Source: Candidatus Acetothermia bacterium (GTDB lineage Bacteria > Bipolaricaulota > Bipolaricaulia > Bipolaricaulales > Bipolaricaulaceae). From it: DNA of 64,000 nucleotides. The notes below the pieces were generated by a model, which made no database searches, was not told the DNA's origin, and saw only the letters and a list, made by a program, of their open reading frames with translations. Shown here one piece after another: positions 16,143-26,826 of the stretch. Within the stretch, counting starts at the first letter, position 1, and the number at the start of each line of letters is the position of its first letter. The position numbers and the translations under genes are program-made. The DNA is taken from the NCBI GenBank assembly GCA_003566155.1, contig PXEP01000172.1, forward strand, positions 1,408 through 65,407. The letters are read 5' to 3'.

Positions 16143-16779
16143 GACGAACCTGTACCGATTTGAAGCGTTGGATGGCCAGCCCGAACGCACGGAGGGGCCC
16201 GAGGGGCTGTTTGGGGCCCAGGTGAACGAGGACCTGTTGCACCGGGCGGTGCGTATCTACCTGTATAACCAGCGCCAGGGTACGGCCTCTGTTCGCCAGC
16301 GGGCCGAGGTCTCCGGAGGCGGACGCAAACCCTGGCGCCAGAAGGGTGTGGGCCGTGCTCGCCATGGGACGATCCGCTCACCTCTATGGCGGCACGGTGG
16401 TGTTACCTTCGGCCCCATACCAGGGCCGCGACGGCTGCGGCTCCCGAAGAGAATGCGCCGGGGGGCATTGGTGTCCGCCTTGTCGGCTCGCTTTCAGGAG
16501 GATGCCCTGTGGCTTATTGATCGCCTTGGGTTTGACCGCCCCCGTACCAAGGACGGGCTGGAGGTACTGCGCAAGCTTGGCTGTCCGGAAACCGTGCTGG
16601 TTGTCGTAGGCGCCGATGAATATCAAGTTCCGGTAGTTAAGACTCTTTCAAACATCCCTGGTGTGAACTGTGTGAGGGCTACGTCGGTCAACGCATACCA
16701 GGTGTTGGCCCATGACGGCCTCTTGGCCACCCTGGGTGGGGTGCAGGAGCTTGCTGGGAGGGCGAACGATGAAGGCTGA
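16135..16779 (+). CDS. rplD: 50S ribosomal protein L4
   Basis: Contains ...EVSGGGRKPWRQKGVGRARHGTIRSPLWRHGGVTFGP... The start overlaps the rplC stop by 8 nt. Confidence 0.97.
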   Translation: MLETNLYRFEALDGQPERTEGPEGLFGAQVNEDLLHRAVRIYLYNQRQGTASVRQRAEVSGGGRKPWRQKGVGRARHGTIRSPLWRHGGVTFGPIPGPRRLRLPKRMRRGALVSALSARFQEDALWLIDRLGFDRPRTKDGLEVLRKLGCPETVLVVVGADEYQVPVVKTLSNIPGVNCVRATSVNAYQVLAHDGLLATLGGVQELAGRANDEG

Positions 16780-17071
16780 ATCGCGCGTGCACCCTGAGGA
16801 TATTCTGCTGCGTCCGGTTCTGAGTGAGAAGACGTGGCACGGTATAGAGGAAGGGAAATATACGTTCTCCGTTAAGCCGGGGGCGAGCAAGGTGGCTATC
16901 CGGCAGGCGGTGGAGGAAATGTTTGACGTAAAGGTGGAGAAGGTGTGGGCGTTGCGGCGACCCGGAAAGCCGCGCCGGACCAGGATGGACCGGCGTCATG
17001 GTCGTACCAGTGGAGAGAAGCGAGCGGTGGTCAAGCTTGCACCTGGGCACAGGATAGATCTGGTGGGGTGA
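16769..17071 (+). CDS. rplW: 50S ribosomal protein L23
   Basis: ATG 16769 within ORF 16712..17071. ...ILLRPVLSEKTWHGIEEGKYTFSVKPGASKVAIRQAVEEMFDVKVEKV. Confidence 0.95.
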   Translation: MKAESRVHPEDILLRPVLSEKTWHGIEEGKYTFSVKPGASKVAIRQAVEEMFDVKVEKVWALRRPGKPRRTRMDRRHGRTSGEKRAVVKLAPGHRIDLVG

Positions 17072-17075
17072 TGCG

Positions 17076-17903
17076 ATGCCGATGAAGAAGAGACGACCGG
17101 TGAGCCCGGGGCAACGCCATGGAGTACTTCCCGAATACAGTGAGCTCACGCGGAAGAAGCCGGAGAAGTCGCTGCTTAGGAAACAAAAGCGCCGGTCGGC
17201 CCGCAATGCGCAGGGCCGAATCACCGTGCGTCACCGGGGCGGGGGGGCCAAGCGCCGCTATCGGCTGGTGGACTTCCGCCGGGACAAGTGGGACGTGCCA
17301 GCGAAGGTGGTCTCCCAGGAATACGACCCGAACCGCTCTAGTTGGATCGTTCTGTTGCAGTACGCCGACGGGGAGAAAAGGTACATCTTGTCGCCGTTCG
17401 AGGCCAAGATCGGCGATGTAGTACGGGCGGGCAGCGGAGTGGATCCCAAACCGGGCAATGCGATGCCCCTGCGTCGGGTTCCCGTAGGAGCTACTGTACA
17501 TAATGTGGAGCTTACCCCCGGTTCTGGGGGAAAGATCGCGCGCGCAGCCGGCACCGAGGTAAAGGTGTTGAGCAAGGAGGGGAAGAGGGCGACACTGAGG
17601 CTTCCCTCCGGCGAGATGCGACAGTTTCACCTGGATTGCATGGCGACGATCGGTAGCGTGAGCAACCCGGATCACAAGAATATTCAGCACGGTAAGGCCG
17701 GTCGGAGAAGACATCTGGGATTTCGCCCCGCAGTGCGAGGCACGGCGATGGCCCCTGCGGACCACCCCCATGGAGGGGGCGAGGGCCGCACAGGCGAGGG
17801 CCGGGCGCCGAAGTCTCCGTGGGGCTGGTTGGCCAAAGGCGGGCGCAAGACGCGCCGCCGGCGGAAGCCCAGCGATGCATGGATTGTCAAGAGGAGGCAG
17901 TAG
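17076..17903 (+). CDS. rplB: 50S ribosomal protein L2
   Basis: Contains ...[23 protein letters not shown]...[19 protein letters not shown]...[14 protein letters not shown]. Confidence 0.98.
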   Translation: MPMKKRRPVSPGQRHGVLPEYSELTRKKPEKSLLRKQKRRSARNAQGRITVRHRGGGAKRRYRLVDFRRDKWDVPAKVVSQEYDPNRSSWIVLLQYADGEKRYILSPFEAKIGDVVRAGSGVDPKPGNAMPLRRVPVGATVHNVELTPGSGGKIARAAGTEVKVLSKEGKRATLRLPSGEMRQFHLDCMATIGSVSNPDHKNIQHGKAGRRRHLGFRPAVRGTAMAPADHPHGGGEGRTGEGRAPKSPWGWLAKGGRKTRRRRKPSDAWIVKRRQ

Positions 17904-17905
17904 AT

Positions 17906-18190
17906 ATGGCGCGGTCAAAGAACAAGGGCCCCTATGTGCACCCCAAGCTGCTCAGAAAGGTGCAGCGTCATAAACGAGGAGAGCTGGCGGAGATAAAGAC
18001 GTGGTCACGTTCTTCGATGATCATCCCGGAGATGGTGGGGCTGACCATCCGCGTACATAATGGACGCCATATGGTTCCTGTGTACATCACCGAGGCCATG
18101 ATCGGACATCGGCTCGGGGAATTTGCCCCTACGCGCACCTTCCGCGGCCACGGAGGCATGCGGAAGAAGGCCACACCTCAGCTCAAGTGA
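17906..18190 (+). CDS. rpsS: 30S ribosomal protein S19
   Basis: ATG 17906 within ORF 17819..18190. [16 protein letters not shown]...[35 protein letters not shown]. Confidence 0.97.
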   Translation: MARSKNKGPYVHPKLLRKVQRHKRGELAEIKTWSRSSMIIPEMVGLTIRVHNGRHMVPVYITEAMIGHRLGEFAPTRTFRGHGGMRKKATPQLK

Positions 18191-18543
18191 TGGAGGCGAC
18201 GATGAGAGAAGCGGTGGCGCGGGGGCGGTTTGTGCGGATGTCTCCGATGAAGGCGAGGCTGGTGGCCGACGAGATCCGCGGCAAGCCTGTGGATGAGGCG
18301 CAGCGGATACTGACCTATTCGCCCAAAAAAGCGGCGCGGGTGTTGAAGAAGATACTGGATTCTGCAGTGGCCAACGCCGAGCAAAACTTCGAGATGGACG
18401 CTGACCGACTGTGGGTGAAGCAGATATGGGTTGATGAGGGCCCCAGGATGCGACGCCTAAAGCCGCGTGCTTTCGGCCGCGCGGACATCATGCAGCGCAA
18501 GCTCTCGCATATCACCGTGGCAGTGGCCGAAAGGGAGGACTGA
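18187..18543 (+). CDS. rplV: 50S ribosomal protein L22
   Basis: GTG 18187 or ATG 18190, overlapping the rpsS TGA. ...[40 protein letters not shown]...[18 protein letters not shown]. Confidence 0.96.
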   Translation: MMEATMREAVARGRFVRMSPMKARLVADEIRGKPVDEAQRILTYSPKKAARVLKKILDSAVANAEQNFEMDADRLWVKQIWVDEGPRMRRLKPRAFGRADIMQRKLSHITVAVAERED

Positions 18544-19202
18544 TGGGCCAAAAAACGCATCCGGTCGGATTTCGGGTTGGTGTATTGCGCAAATGGCGTT
18601 CCAATTGGTTTGCCACTGATGACCTAGTACCCGTGTACGTGACGGAGGACCGGAAGATCCGCCAGCAGATCGGCAAGACCTATCGGGGCGCAGGCGTGGC
18701 CGAAGTTCAGGTAGAACGGGCTGTCCAGGATAGGGTGTTGGTGACCGTGCGCGCAGCGCGCCCCGGGATCATTATCGGTCGCGGCGGATCGGAGATTGAG
18801 AAGCTCCAGCAAGAGCTTTCCCGGATGACCGGTCGACAGGTGCGCATTGGTGTGCTGGAGGTTGAGCGGCCGGAGTTGGAAGCGCCGCTGGTGGCCCAGG
18901 ACGTGTCCTTCCAGATTGAGAACAGAATCAACCCTTATAGGGCGATGAAGGAGACGATCAGGCGGGTCATGGCCGCTGGAGCGCAAGGGGTTAAGCTGCG
19001 CATATCGGGCAGGCTTGGCGGCGCGGAGCTGTCCCGCGTGGTGGAGATGAAACAGGGCCGTGTGCCGCTGCAGACCCTGCGTGCTGACGTGGATTATGGA
19101 CTGTCCGAGGCGATGACCAAATACGGCGTGATCGGGGTCAAAGCCTGGGTGTGCAGGGGAGAGATCTGGTCCCCCAATAGACGTACTGATGAGGGGAGGT
19201 AA
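18543..19202 (+). CDS. rpsC: 30S ribosomal protein S3
   Basis: [24 protein letters not shown]...[12 protein letters not shown]...[10 protein letters not shown]. Confidence 0.98.
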   Translation: MGQKTHPVGFRVGVLRKWRSNWFATDDLVPVYVTEDRKIRQQIGKTYRGAGVAEVQVERAVQDRVLVTVRAARPGIIIGRGGSEIEKLQQELSRMTGRQVRIGVLEVERPELEAPLVAQDVSFQIENRINPYRAMKETIRRVMAAGAQGVKLRISGRLGGAELSRVVEMKQGRVPLQTLRADVDYGLSEAMTKYGVIGVKAWVCRGEIWSPNRRTDEGR

Positions 19203-19204
19203 CG

Positions 19205-19633
19205 ATGCCGCTTCTTTTCCCCAATAAGACCAAGTACCGCAAGCAGCATCGCGGGCGACGAAAAGGTGTGGCGTCCCGTGGCCACGAGGTGGCTTTCGGC
19301 GAGTACGGCATTCAGTCGCTGGCTCCAGCGTGGATCACGCGGCAGCAGATCGAGTCCGCGCGTACAACGTTGGCCCGGGCCACGCATAGGGGAAAGGTAT
19401 GGATCCGCATCTTTCCCGACAAGCCGTACACCAAGAAGGCGGCGGAGTCGCGAATGGGCAAAGGAAAGGGGAACGTCGAGAACTGGGTCGCGGTGGTGCG
19501 GCCGGGCAGTATAATGTTTGAGTTTGCCGGTGTTCCTCCGGAGGAGGCCAAGCGCATTCACCGACTGGTGAGCTACAAGCTTCCGGTTCCCACACGGTTG
19601 AGAAGCAAGTTCCATTTGGGAGGGGAACGATGA
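19205..19633 (+). CDS. rplP: 50S ribosomal protein L16
   Basis: Contains ...[30 protein letters not shown]...[24 protein letters not shown]. Confidence 0.98.
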   Translation: MPLLFPNKTKYRKQHRGRRKGVASRGHEVAFGEYGIQSLAPAWITRQQIESARTTLARATHRGKVWIRIFPDKPYTKKAAESRMGKGKGNVENWVAVVRPGSIMFEFAGVPPEEAKRIHRLVSYKLPVPTRLRSKFHLGGER

Positions 19634-19839
19634 AGCCTGAGGAGCTCAGAGAGATGTCGCGTGAAGAGCTGGAGCAACGAGTGCGGGAGTGGAAGCGCAA
19701 GTACATGAACCTTAGGTTTCAGCACACTTCCGGGCAGTTACAGAACACAGCCGAGATCACCAAGACGAGGCGTGATTTGGCTCGTGCTCTCACGATCCTG
19801 AGAGAGGGCCCGGGTGAAGATAGGAGGGGCCATGCGTAA
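19630..19839 (+). CDS. rpmC: 50S ribosomal protein L29
   Basis: [61 protein letters not shown] overlap with rplP. Confidence 0.95.
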   Translation: MKPEELREMSREELEQRVREWKRKYMNLRFQHTSGQLQNTAEITKTRRDLARALTILREGPGEDRRGHA

Positions 19840-20077
19840 AGAACGAACCGGCCGAGTGGTCAGCAATCGCATGGCCAAGACGTTGGTGGTGGTTGAGGAC
19901 AAGAGACTGCTGCACCCGCGCTACCACAAGTACGTGTTGAGTCGGACGAAATACTACGTGCACGACGAGGCCGAACAGGCCCGTGTGGGGGACATGGTGA
20001 AGATTCAGGAATCCCGTCCGATGTCCAAACTCAAGCGGTGGCGACTGGTGCAGGTCGTCCGACGTGCGGAGGGCTAA
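19832..20077 (+). CDS. rpsQ: 30S ribosomal protein S17
   Basis: ATG 19832 (AGGAGG 5 nt upstream) within ORF 19814..20077. [46 protein letters not shown]...VKIQESRPMSKLKRWRL. Confidence 0.95.
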   Translation: MRKERTGRVVSNRMAKTLVVVEDKRLLHPRYHKYVLSRTKYYVHDEAEQARVGDMVKIQESRPMSKLKRWRLVQVVRRAEG

Positions 20078-20079
20078 CC

Positions 20080-20442
20080 ATGATTCTGTCACGGACCATG
20101 CTAACCATTGCGGACAATACGGGAGTGAAGGAAGTACGGTGCATTACGGTGCAAGGGAAGCGCCCCCGAGGACAACTCGGGGACATCGTAGTGGGTTCCG
20201 TGCGGAAACGAATCGCCACCTCTGAGTTTACCAAAGGAGATGTGGTGCGCGGAGTGGTGGTGCGAAGCCGTGCGCCGTACCAACGGGCGGATGGAAGCAC
20301 AATCCGGTTCGACGAGAACGCGCTGGTGCTGGTGGACAAAAACTTGCAGCCTATCGGCACACGAGTATTCGGTCCGGTCGCTCGGGAACTCAGGGAGAAG
20401 GGGATGATGCGCATTATCTCTTTGGCTCCCGAGGTGGTGTAG
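20080..20442 (+). CDS. rplN: 50S ribosomal protein L14
   Basis: ATG 20080 within ORF 20038..20442. ...LTIADNTGVKEVRCI...GDIVVGSVRK...IRFDENALVLVDKNLQPIGTRVFGPVAREL. Confidence 0.97.
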   Translation: MILSRTMLTIADNTGVKEVRCITVQGKRPRGQLGDIVVGSVRKRIATSEFTKGDVVRGVVVRSRAPYQRADGSTIRFDENALVLVDKNLQPIGTRVFGPVARELREKGMMRIISLAPEVV

Positions 20443-20450
20443 GAGGCACG

Positions 20451-20762
20451 ATGCGCAAAGTCAAGAAGGGCGATCGGGTGAAGATTATTGGCGGGGAGGA
20501 CCGGGGCAAGATGGGGAAGGTGCTGCGAGTCTATCCTGAGCGATATCGGGTGTTGGTAGAAGGTGTGAACATGATCACCAAGCACCAACGGCCGACGCAG
20601 ACGGTCCGACAGCCAGGAATCATCCAGCGCGAGGCTCCCCTTCACGAATCCAACGTAGCTCTGGTATGCCCAGAATGCGGTGTTCCGACCCGCGTCGGTG
20701 CTGCGGTGGTCGAGGGTTTGAAGATGCGGCGCTGTAAGAAGTGTGGCGCCACTTTTGAGTGA
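20451..20762 (+). CDS. rplX: 50S ribosomal protein L24 (with CxxC...CxxC ribbon in the C-terminal part)
   Basis: MRKVKKGDRVKIIGGEDRGKMGKVLRVYPERYRVLVEGVNMITKH (KOW), then CPECGVPTRVG...[11 protein letters not shown]. Confidence 0.96.
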   Translation: MRKVKKGDRVKIIGGEDRGKMGKVLRVYPERYRVLVEGVNMITKHQRPTQTVRQPGIIQREAPLHESNVALVCPECGVPTRVGAAVVEGLKMRRCKKCGATFE

Positions 20763-21304
20763 GGAAGATGGTACTCTACGAGCGATATCGAGCTGAACTG
20801 GCGCCGAAGATCCAAGAAGAGCTGGGCCTTGCTAACGCCATGCAGGTACCCCGGGTGGAGAAGGTGGTGCTCAACATGGGCGTGGGCAAGGAGGACGATC
20901 CCAAGGTGCTGGAAGCAGCCCTGAAGAATTTGCGGGCTTTGGCCGGGCAGCAGCCCGTGATAGCGCGGGCCAAAAGATCGGTGTCCGACTTCCGTATCAG
21001 GCAAGGGGATCCGATCGGCTGCAAGGTAACGCTTAGAGGGGTGCGGGCATACGAGTTCTTGAACCGACTGTTCAACGTGGTGCTCCCCGGAATCCGTGAT
21101 TTCAAGGGTGTGTCCAGAGACTCCTTCGATGGCCGAGGAAATTACAGCATGGGGCTTCCTGAGCAGCTTGTGTTTCCCGAAGTCACCTACGATGATGTGG
21201 TACGTACGCAGGGCATGGACATCACTATCTGCACTACCGCGGGGACGGACCGGGAGGCGGAGGTCCTGCTCCGTAACTTAGGTTGCCCGTTCCGCGAGAG
21301 CTAG
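20759..21304 (+). CDS. rplE: 50S ribosomal protein L5
   Basis: GTG 20759 (overlaps the rplX TGA) or ATG 20768. ...[14 protein letters not shown]...[24 protein letters not shown]...[16 protein letters not shown]. Confidence 0.96.
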   Translation: MRKMVLYERYRAELAPKIQEELGLANAMQVPRVEKVVLNMGVGKEDDPKVLEAALKNLRALAGQQPVIARAKRSVSDFRIRQGDPIGCKVTLRGVRAYEFLNRLFNVVLPGIRDFKGVSRDSFDGRGNYSMGLPEQLVFPEVTYDDVVRTQGMDITICTTAGTDREAEVLLRNLGCPFRES

Positions 21305-21314
21305 GAGGGTTGAT

Positions 21315-21500
21315 ATGGCGCGCAAGGCATTGGTGCTAAAGTCCATGCGGAAGCCAAAGTACGATGTCCGCCATCGAAATCGGTGCCGGTTGTGCGGGCG
21401 GCCGCGTGGATATATCAGAGATTACGGATTGTGCCGCCTGTGCTTTCGCAAGATGGCGCTTGACGGAGAGATCCCAGGCATCAAGAAGGCCAGTTGGTAA
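21315..21500 (+). CDS. rpsN: 30S ribosomal protein S14, short zinc-binding (type Z) form
   Basis: 61 aa: [61 protein letters not shown], with four Cys. Confidence 0.97.
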   Translation: MARKALVLKSMRKPKYDVRHRNRCRLCGRPRGYIRDYGLCRLCFRKMALDGEIPGIKKASW

Positions 21501-21510
21501 GGAGGGTGTG

Positions 21511-21921
21511 GTGACAGTCAGCGATCCGATCGCCGACATGCTGACGAGGATTCGCAATGCGGGGGAGCGCCGTCATCAGGAGGTGCGGCTGCCGTCATCG
21601 AAGATGAAGGAGGCCATTGCTCGTATCCTCGCCGAAGAGGGCTACATCGAAAGCTACGAAGTGGAGCTGGGCACTTCCTTCCCCCAGCTGAAGATGGTGC
21701 TCAAGTATCAACAGTTGGGCACGAGGGAACGCCGTCTGGCGATTGAGGGGCTCCGGAGGGTTAGCCGACCTGCGCGCCGGGTGTATGGGGGGGCTGATGA
21801 GTTGCCCAATACTCGAGGAGGACTAGGAGTGTGCGTGGTTTCTACCTCTGAAGGGTTGATGACGGGCCGAGAGGCGAGACGACGCAACCTGGGCGGGGAG
21901 ATCGTCTGCGAGATATGGTGA
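21511..21921 (+). CDS. rpsH: 30S ribosomal protein S8
   Basis: GTG 21511 (or 21508) after AAGGAGGG, within ORF 21364..21921. ..VSDPIADMLTRIRNAGERRHQEV..LPSSKMKEAIARILAEEGYI...GGEIVCEIW. Confidence 0.95.
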   Translation: MTVSDPIADMLTRIRNAGERRHQEVRLPSSKMKEAIARILAEEGYIESYEVELGTSFPQLKMVLKYQQLGTRERRLAIEGLRRVSRPARRVYGGADELPNTRGGLGVCVVSTSEGLMTGREARRRNLGGEIVCEIW

Positions 21922-21932
21922 GGTGAGGCTAT

Positions 21933-22475
21933 ATGTCCAAGATTGGCAAGCGACCTATCCCTGTGCCGGAAGACGTGCAGGTTGAGTTGTCCGAGAGCCG
22001 GGTAGTGGTCAACGGACCACACGGCACGTTGGAGCAGGAGTATGATCCGCGATATGTGGACGTGGAAATGCACGACGGGGCGCTGTATGTCACCCGCCGT
22101 GGTGAGCGTACTGTGCATCGCTCCCGGCACGGGCTATATCGAGCGCTGATCTCCAATATGGTACACGGTGTAAAGAACAAGTGGCGGCGCGAGCTGGAAC
22201 TACGAGGTTTGGGTTACCGAGCGCGATTGGAAGGTCAGACGTTGGTCTTAGAGTTGGGATACTCGCATCCGATCAACTACGAGATTCCTGAGGGCGTGGA
22301 GATAGAGGTTCCCGACAACACACGCGTAGCGGTGTCAGGGCTGGACAAGCAGAAGGTGGGGCAAGTGGCAGCCATCATCAGGGGTTTCCGCCCGCCCGAG
22401 CCTTATCGGGGAACAGGTGTTCGGTACCGCGATGAGGAGATCGTACGCAAGGCAGGCAAGGTAGGGGTGAAGTGA
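21933..22475 (+). CDS. rplF: 50S ribosomal protein L6
   Basis: [19 protein letters not shown]...[33 protein letters not shown]...[12 protein letters not shown]. Confidence 0.97.
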   Translation: MSKIGKRPIPVPEDVQVELSESRVVVNGPHGTLEQEYDPRYVDVEMHDGALYVTRRGERTVHRSRHGLYRALISNMVHGVKNKWRRELELRGLGYRARLEGQTLVLELGYSHPINYEIPEGVEIEVPDNTRVAVSGLDKQKVGQVAAIIRGFRPPEPYRGTGVRYRDEEIVRKAGKVGVK

Positions 22476-22846
22476 TGCCGACGACGACGAGAGTAGCAAG
22501 GGACAAACAGCGTCGAAAGAGACATCTGCGCATACGGCGGAAAGTCAAGGGCACCGAGGAACGGCCGCGACTGGTGGTCAACAAGACGCTCAAGCATATC
22601 TACGCTCAGGTGGTTGATGATGAGCGTGGGCGCACGATAGCGAGTGCTTCCACGTTGACAAAGGAGCTGCGGGATGAGGTGTCCAACCCTACTGTGGATG
22701 CGGCACAACTCGTGGGGCGGATGGTGGCTCAGCGGGCCCGTGCGGCCGGGGTGGAGCAGGTGGTGTTCGACCGCGGAGGGTATCCGTATCATGGAAAAAT
22801 CAAGGCACTGGCCGACGCTGCCAGAGAGGAGGGGTTGATTCTGTGA
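22472..22846 (+). CDS. rplR: 50S ribosomal protein L18
   Basis: GTG 22472 or ATG 22475. ...[36 protein letters not shown]...[26 protein letters not shown]. Confidence 0.96.
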   Translation: MMPTTTRVARDKQRRKRHLRIRRKVKGTEERPRLVVNKTLKHIYAQVVDDERGRTIASASTLTKELRDEVSNPTVDAAQLVGRMVAQRARAAGVEQVVFDRGGYPYHGKIKALADAAREEGLIL

Positions 22847-23364
22847 AGCCTGATATCAACCCGCAGGATCTGGAAAACGAAGTCATCGAGATCCGCCGCG
22901 TGGGGAAGGTGACCAAGGGTGGAAAGCGGTTGCGCTTCCGAGTCGTGGCTGTGGTGGGGGATCGCCAGGGACATGTGGGTGTAGGGTTCGGAAAGTCGGT
23001 GGAGATTCCCCAAGCCATTCAGCAGGCGGTGCGGGATGCCGCGAAGAGCTTGAGACGAGTGGCCCTGGTTAAAGGCACCATTCCGCACGAGATCCTGGGG
23101 GAGTTCAAGGCCTCTCGAGTGCTCCTCAAGCCTGCCTATCCGGGAACCGGTGTCATCGCCGGGCGCACTGTAGGTGCGGTGTGTAGGTTGGCGGGGGTCG
23201 AGAATATCCTGACCAAATCGCTGGGCACCAATACGCCGCTTAACTTGGCTCGGGCCACGGTACTGGGGCTTAGCCGGTCGGAGCCCGTGGAGTCGGTGGC
23301 GTTGCGCAGGGGCAAGGACGTCGAAGATCTGGTGGAGGTGACGGACGATGCCCAAGCTGAATGA
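22843..23364 (+). CDS. rpsE: 30S ribosomal protein S5
   Basis: Contains ...[49 protein letters not shown]...[13 protein letters not shown]. Confidence 0.97.
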   Translation: MKPDINPQDLENEVIEIRRVGKVTKGGKRLRFRVVAVVGDRQGHVGVGFGKSVEIPQAIQQAVRDAAKSLRRVALVKGTIPHEILGEFKASRVLLKPAYPGTGVIAGRTVGAVCRLAGVENILTKSLGTNTPLNLARATVLGLSRSEPVESVALRRGKDVEDLVEVTDDAQAE

Positions 23365-23797
23365 CCTCAGACCTGGCCGAGGCAGTGTGAAGCGGCGCAA
23401 GCGAGTCGGGCGTGGTTACAGTTCAGGCCGTGGTGGACATGAATCAGGAAAGGGAACCAAGGGACAGGGCTCGCGCTCGGGCGTGAAGCACACCCCGGGA
23501 TTCGAAGGGGGCCAGACGCCCATCTGGATGAGGTTTCCCAAGAGAGGGTTCAAGAACCCCTCCCGTGTCGAATACGCCGTGGTCAATGTGGAGGATCTCG
23601 ACCGCCGGTTCGAGGACGGTGAGGAAGTATCGCTGGAGGAGCTCATGCGGCGGGGAGTGGTGCGTGATCCAAAAGATGGTCTGAAGGTCCTGGGCAGGGG
23701 GGCACTCAGCAAGTCCCTTACCGTCCGGGCAGACCGCTTCAGTTCCGCCGCTCGCGATAAGATAGCCGAAGCCGGCGGCGTGGCGGAGGAGGTCTAG
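23348..23797 (+). CDS. rplO: 50S ribosomal protein L15
   Basis: [40 protein letters not shown]...FEGGQTPIWMRFPKRGF. It overlaps the rpsE 3' end by 17 nt, leaving no room for rpmD. Confidence 0.97.
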   Translation: MPKLNDLRPGRGSVKRRKRVGRGYSSGRGGHESGKGTKGQGSRSGVKHTPGFEGGQTPIWMRFPKRGFKNPSRVEYAVVNVEDLDRRFEDGEEVSLEELMRRGVVRDPKDGLKVLGRGALSKSLTVRADRFSSAARDKIAEAGGVAEEV

Positions 23798-23798
23798 G

Positions 23799-25097
23799 GT
23801 GCTCGGTCAACTCCGGACGATGTTCGCCGTCGAGGAGCTGCGAAAGCGGATCCTGTTCACCATAGGCATGCTACTCATATTCCGCCTGGGGTCGCATATC
23901 CCGGTCCCGGGGGTGGATACCGCCCAGGTGGGCGATGTGTTGTCGGACATGTTCGGAGAGGGACTGTTTGAGTTCATCGGCATGTTCACCGGCGGCGCGC
24001 TGGAGCAGTTCTCCCTGTTTGCGCTTGGGGTGATCCCCTACATCAACGCGTCCATTATCTTCTCGCTCTTGATCCCGGTGTTCCCCAAGCTGAAAGCCTT
24101 GCAACAGCAGGGCCGCGAAGGGAGGCGCAAGCTGACCCAGTACACCCGCTGGACAACCGTGGGGTTGGCGCTGATGCAGGCCTACGGTATGACCATGGTG
24201 GTCAGTAGAGGCGGGCTTGTCGACCCGGACATCCCGGTGGCGCTGTTTTTCATGACCTCGGTGATCGCTATGACCGCGGGTACGATCTTCCTTATGTGGA
24301 TCGGGGAGCGGATCACGGAGAACGGTATCGGAAGTGGTGTGTCGATGATTATCATGGCCGGCATCGTGGCCCGCTTTCCCGCCCAGCTCGGACGGACCTA
24401 CTTGCAGATATCGGAAGGAGCCGTGTCTCCGTTCTGGGGCATCGGGCTGATCGTTGTATTTGTGGCCGTCATTGCCGGGGCGGTTGTGGTGCAACAGGGG
24501 CAACGTAAGATCCCTATCCAGTACGCCAAGCGCACATCTGGGCGGCGTGTGTACGGCGGCCATACGACCCACCTCCCTATCCGGGTGAACCAGGGCGGCG
24601 TCATCCCGATCATCTTTGCCTCAGCGATCCTGCAGCTGCCGGGGTCGATCGCCAGCTGGACCGGACAGGATTGGCTGATGCGGTACGTGAGTCCGGGGAG
24701 CCTACCGTTTTTGCTGGCGTACGTGATGCTGATTTTCTTCTTCACCTACTTCTACTCGTCCCTTGTGTTTGACCCGGCGGACATCTCCAAAAACCTGCGG
24801 CAGTCGGGAGGTTTTGTGCCCGGAGTGCGTCCGGGACAGCCGACGGCCCAGTACCTGTCTCGGGTCAGCGGACGGCTGTTGCTGGTGGGGGCGGCCTTCT
24901 TGGCGTTTGTGGCTGTGATGCCTTACATCTTCACCAGCATCTCGGGGATCGACGAATTCTACCTAGGTGGAACTTCGCTACTCATCCTGGTCGGCGTAGG
25001 CATTGACACGATCATGCAGATTGAGGCGCACTTGGTCATGCGCCAGTATGAGTCTTTGGTGAAGGGCACAGGATTCCTGGGAAGGCGGGCTGGATGA
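23799..25097 (+). CDS. secY: preprotein translocase subunit SecY
   Basis: 432 aa, about 10 TM segments. ...LRKRILFTIGMLLIFRLGSHIPVPGVD...FALGVIPYINASII...MWIGERITENGIGSGVSMII. Confidence 0.97.
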   Translation: MLGQLRTMFAVEELRKRILFTIGMLLIFRLGSHIPVPGVDTAQVGDVLSDMFGEGLFEFIGMFTGGALEQFSLFALGVIPYINASIIFSLLIPVFPKLKALQQQGREGRRKLTQYTRWTTVGLALMQAYGMTMVVSRGGLVDPDIPVALFFMTSVIAMTAGTIFLMWIGERITENGIGSGVSMIIMAGIVARFPAQLGRTYLQISEGAVSPFWGIGLIVVFVAVIAGAVVVQQGQRKIPIQYAKRTSGRRVYGGHTTHLPIRVNQGGVIPIIFASAILQLPGSIASWTGQDWLMRYVSPGSLPFLLAYVMLIFFFTYFYSSLVFDPADISKNLRQSGGFVPGVRPGQPTAQYLSRVSGRLLLVGAAFLAFVAVMPYIFTSISGIDEFYLGGTSLLILVGVGIDTIMQIEAHLVMRQYESLVKGTGFLGRRAG

Positions 25098-25720
25098 AGA
25101 CAGTGGTCCTACTTGGTCCGCCCGGCTCGGGAAAAGGGACGTTGGCGCTGCGCCTGGCGGGCCGGCTCGGGCTAGAGCACCTGTCCACCGGGGACTTGCT
25201 GCGAGACGAGGTGGCGCGGGCGACGGTTCTCGGCCGACGGGCCAAGGAGTACATGGATCGGGGAGAACTGGTGCCCGACGAGCTGATTCTGGACATGGTG
25301 GCCGAACGCCTGTCCGATGACCGGAGCGTACTGTTGGATGGATTTCCCCGAACCTTGGCTCAAGCAAAAGGCTTGGAGGAGCACGTTAGCGTGGACAAAG
25401 CGCTGTATCTGGAGCTGGGGCAAGACGAAGTGGTGCGCCGGCTATCCGCACGAAGGGTATGTAAGGAATGCGGCGCCAACTACAATCTGCTGACCCAGCC
25501 TCCCGCCGAGGAGGGGCGGTGTGACCGGTGCGGGGGGGAGCTGTACCAGCGTGGGGATGACAAGCCGGAGGTCATCGCCAAGCGTTACGAAGTCTATGTG
25601 CGGGACTCCTCTCCGTTGGTCGAGTACTACCGGGAGCAAGGAGTGCTTGAGAGCCTGGATGGCTCCGGATCGCCAGACGGGGTGTACCAGCAGGCGTTAA
25701 GCGCGCTGGGGCATGCTTAG
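25094..25720 (+). CDS. adk: adenylate kinase (zinc-lid type)
   Basis: LLGPPGSGKGT, STGDLLR, and a lid with CKECG...CDRCGG. Confidence 0.96.
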   Translation: MKTVVLLGPPGSGKGTLALRLAGRLGLEHLSTGDLLRDEVARATVLGRRAKEYMDRGELVPDELILDMVAERLSDDRSVLLDGFPRTLAQAKGLEEHVSVDKALYLELGQDEVVRRLSARRVCKECGANYNLLTQPPAEEGRCDRCGGELYQRGDDKPEVIAKRYEVYVRDSSPLVEYYREQGVLESLDGSGSPDGVYQQALSALGHA

Positions 25721-26492
25721 ACTGAAAACGGCTCGGGAGCTTGACACACTGCGGCAGAACGCCAAACTGCTCTCCGAGATCCTTGTGCGCGTGGCGCTCC
25801 GAGCGGTACCTGGGGTGACGACCAAGCAGTTGGACCGCCTTGCCGAAAAGTGGGTCCGGCAGACGGGTGCGGAGCCGGCTTTTTTGGGGTACCGGGGATA
25901 TCCCGCTTCCCTGTGTGCGTCCGTGGACGACGAGATCCTCCACGGCATCCCCTCGGATGATCGTGTGTTGGCAGAAGGGAACATCATTTCGCTGGACCTG
26001 GGGTTGTTGCTTAATGGCTACTATGCGGATGCAGCGCTCACCGTACCGGTGGGTGAGGCGCCCCCGGAGGGGCAACGGTTAATGGAGGCAACACACGGAG
26101 CCTTGCGGGAAGGGATCTCGGCCGCTAAAATCGGCGGCCGAGTCTCAGATCTCTCGCACGCCATCGATACCTATGTGCGAAGGCGCGGGTTTTCCGTTGT
26201 GCGGGAGTTTGTCGGACATGGAATCGGCAGGGAACTCCACGAGGATCCGCAGATCCCGAACTTTGGCCCCCCTGGCCGGGGGGCGAAGTTGGCCGAAGGG
26301 CTGGTGGCTGCGGTAGAGGTTATGGCCAAACTGGACGATGAGCCTGCGAACATCCGCGATGACGGATGGACGGCGGTGACTGGAAGCGGAGTCTTGTCCG
26401 CGCACTATGAGGAGATGATTGCGGTCACTGCAGATGGACCTGAGGTCCTTACGCAGGGGGTGTGGGAGGAGTATTGGCAAAGAAAGATGTGA
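25713..26492 (+). CDS. map: type I methionine aminopeptidase
   Basis: Contains ...[14 protein letters not shown]...[24 protein letters not shown]...GYYADAALT...[14 protein letters not shown]...[11 protein letters not shown]. Confidence 0.96.
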   Translation: MLRLKTARELDTLRQNAKLLSEILVRVALRAVPGVTTKQLDRLAEKWVRQTGAEPAFLGYRGYPASLCASVDDEILHGIPSDDRVLAEGNIISLDLGLLLNGYYADAALTVPVGEAPPEGQRLMEATHGALREGISAAKIGGRVSDLSHAIDTYVRRRGFSVVREFVGHGIGRELHEDPQIPNFGPPGRGAKLAEGLVAAVEVMAKLDDEPANIRDDGWTAVTGSGVLSAHYEEMIAVTADGPEVLTQGVWEEYWQRKM

Positions 26493-26692
26493 TCCGGGAG
26501 CGAGGCGAGGTGCTCGAGGTGTTGCCGGACTCCATGTTTCGCATCCGGCTGGATAATGGACATGTGGTGCTATGTCACACTTCAGGGCGGATGCGCCGGC
26601 ACTTCATCCGTGTGGTGGCCGGCGACAGGGTGATCGTGGAGTTCTCACCCTATGATCTGACTCGCGGTCGAATTGTGTACCGAGAGTCCTAG
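26462..26692 (+). CDS. infA: translation initiation factor IF-1
   Basis: GTG 26462; an in-frame TTG at 26474 would give the more typical MAKKDVI N-terminus. ...[60 protein letters not shown]. The 5' end overlaps map. Confidence 0.95.
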   Translation: MGGVLAKKDVIRERGEVLEVLPDSMFRIRLDNGHVVLCHTSGRMRRHFIRVVAGDRVIVEFSPYDLTRGRIVYRES

Positions 26693-26703
26693 AGGAGCGT
26701 TGT

Positions 26704-26817
26704 ATGAAGGTGCGAAGCTCTGTGAAGAAGATGTGCGATAAATGTCGAGTGATACGGCGCTTCGGCCGCCTGCGGGTCGTGTGTCGCGATCCGAAGCACA
26801 AGCAGCGGCAAGCGTAA
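26704..26817 (+). CDS. rpmJ: 50S ribosomal protein L36 (zinc-binding form)
   Basis: Below the ORF-track cutoff; read by hand. ATG 26704 gives [40 protein letters not shown] at 26815-26817. Lies between infA and rpsM as expected. Confidence 0.95.
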   Translation: MKVRSSVKKMCDKCRVIRRFGRLRVVCRDPKHKQRQA

Positions 26818-26826
26818 GGGGGACCT

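Noticed and set aside
17031-17918. 295-aa ORF antisense to rplB
   Set aside because: Same reasoning. rplB is unambiguous, and the antisense product is Arg/Pro/Ala-rich with no motifs.
20451-20762. Zinc-ribbon in L24 as a novelty
   Set aside because: As I recall, Thermus L24 has the same CxxC...CxxC insertion. It is therefore a known variant, kept only as a lineage clue.
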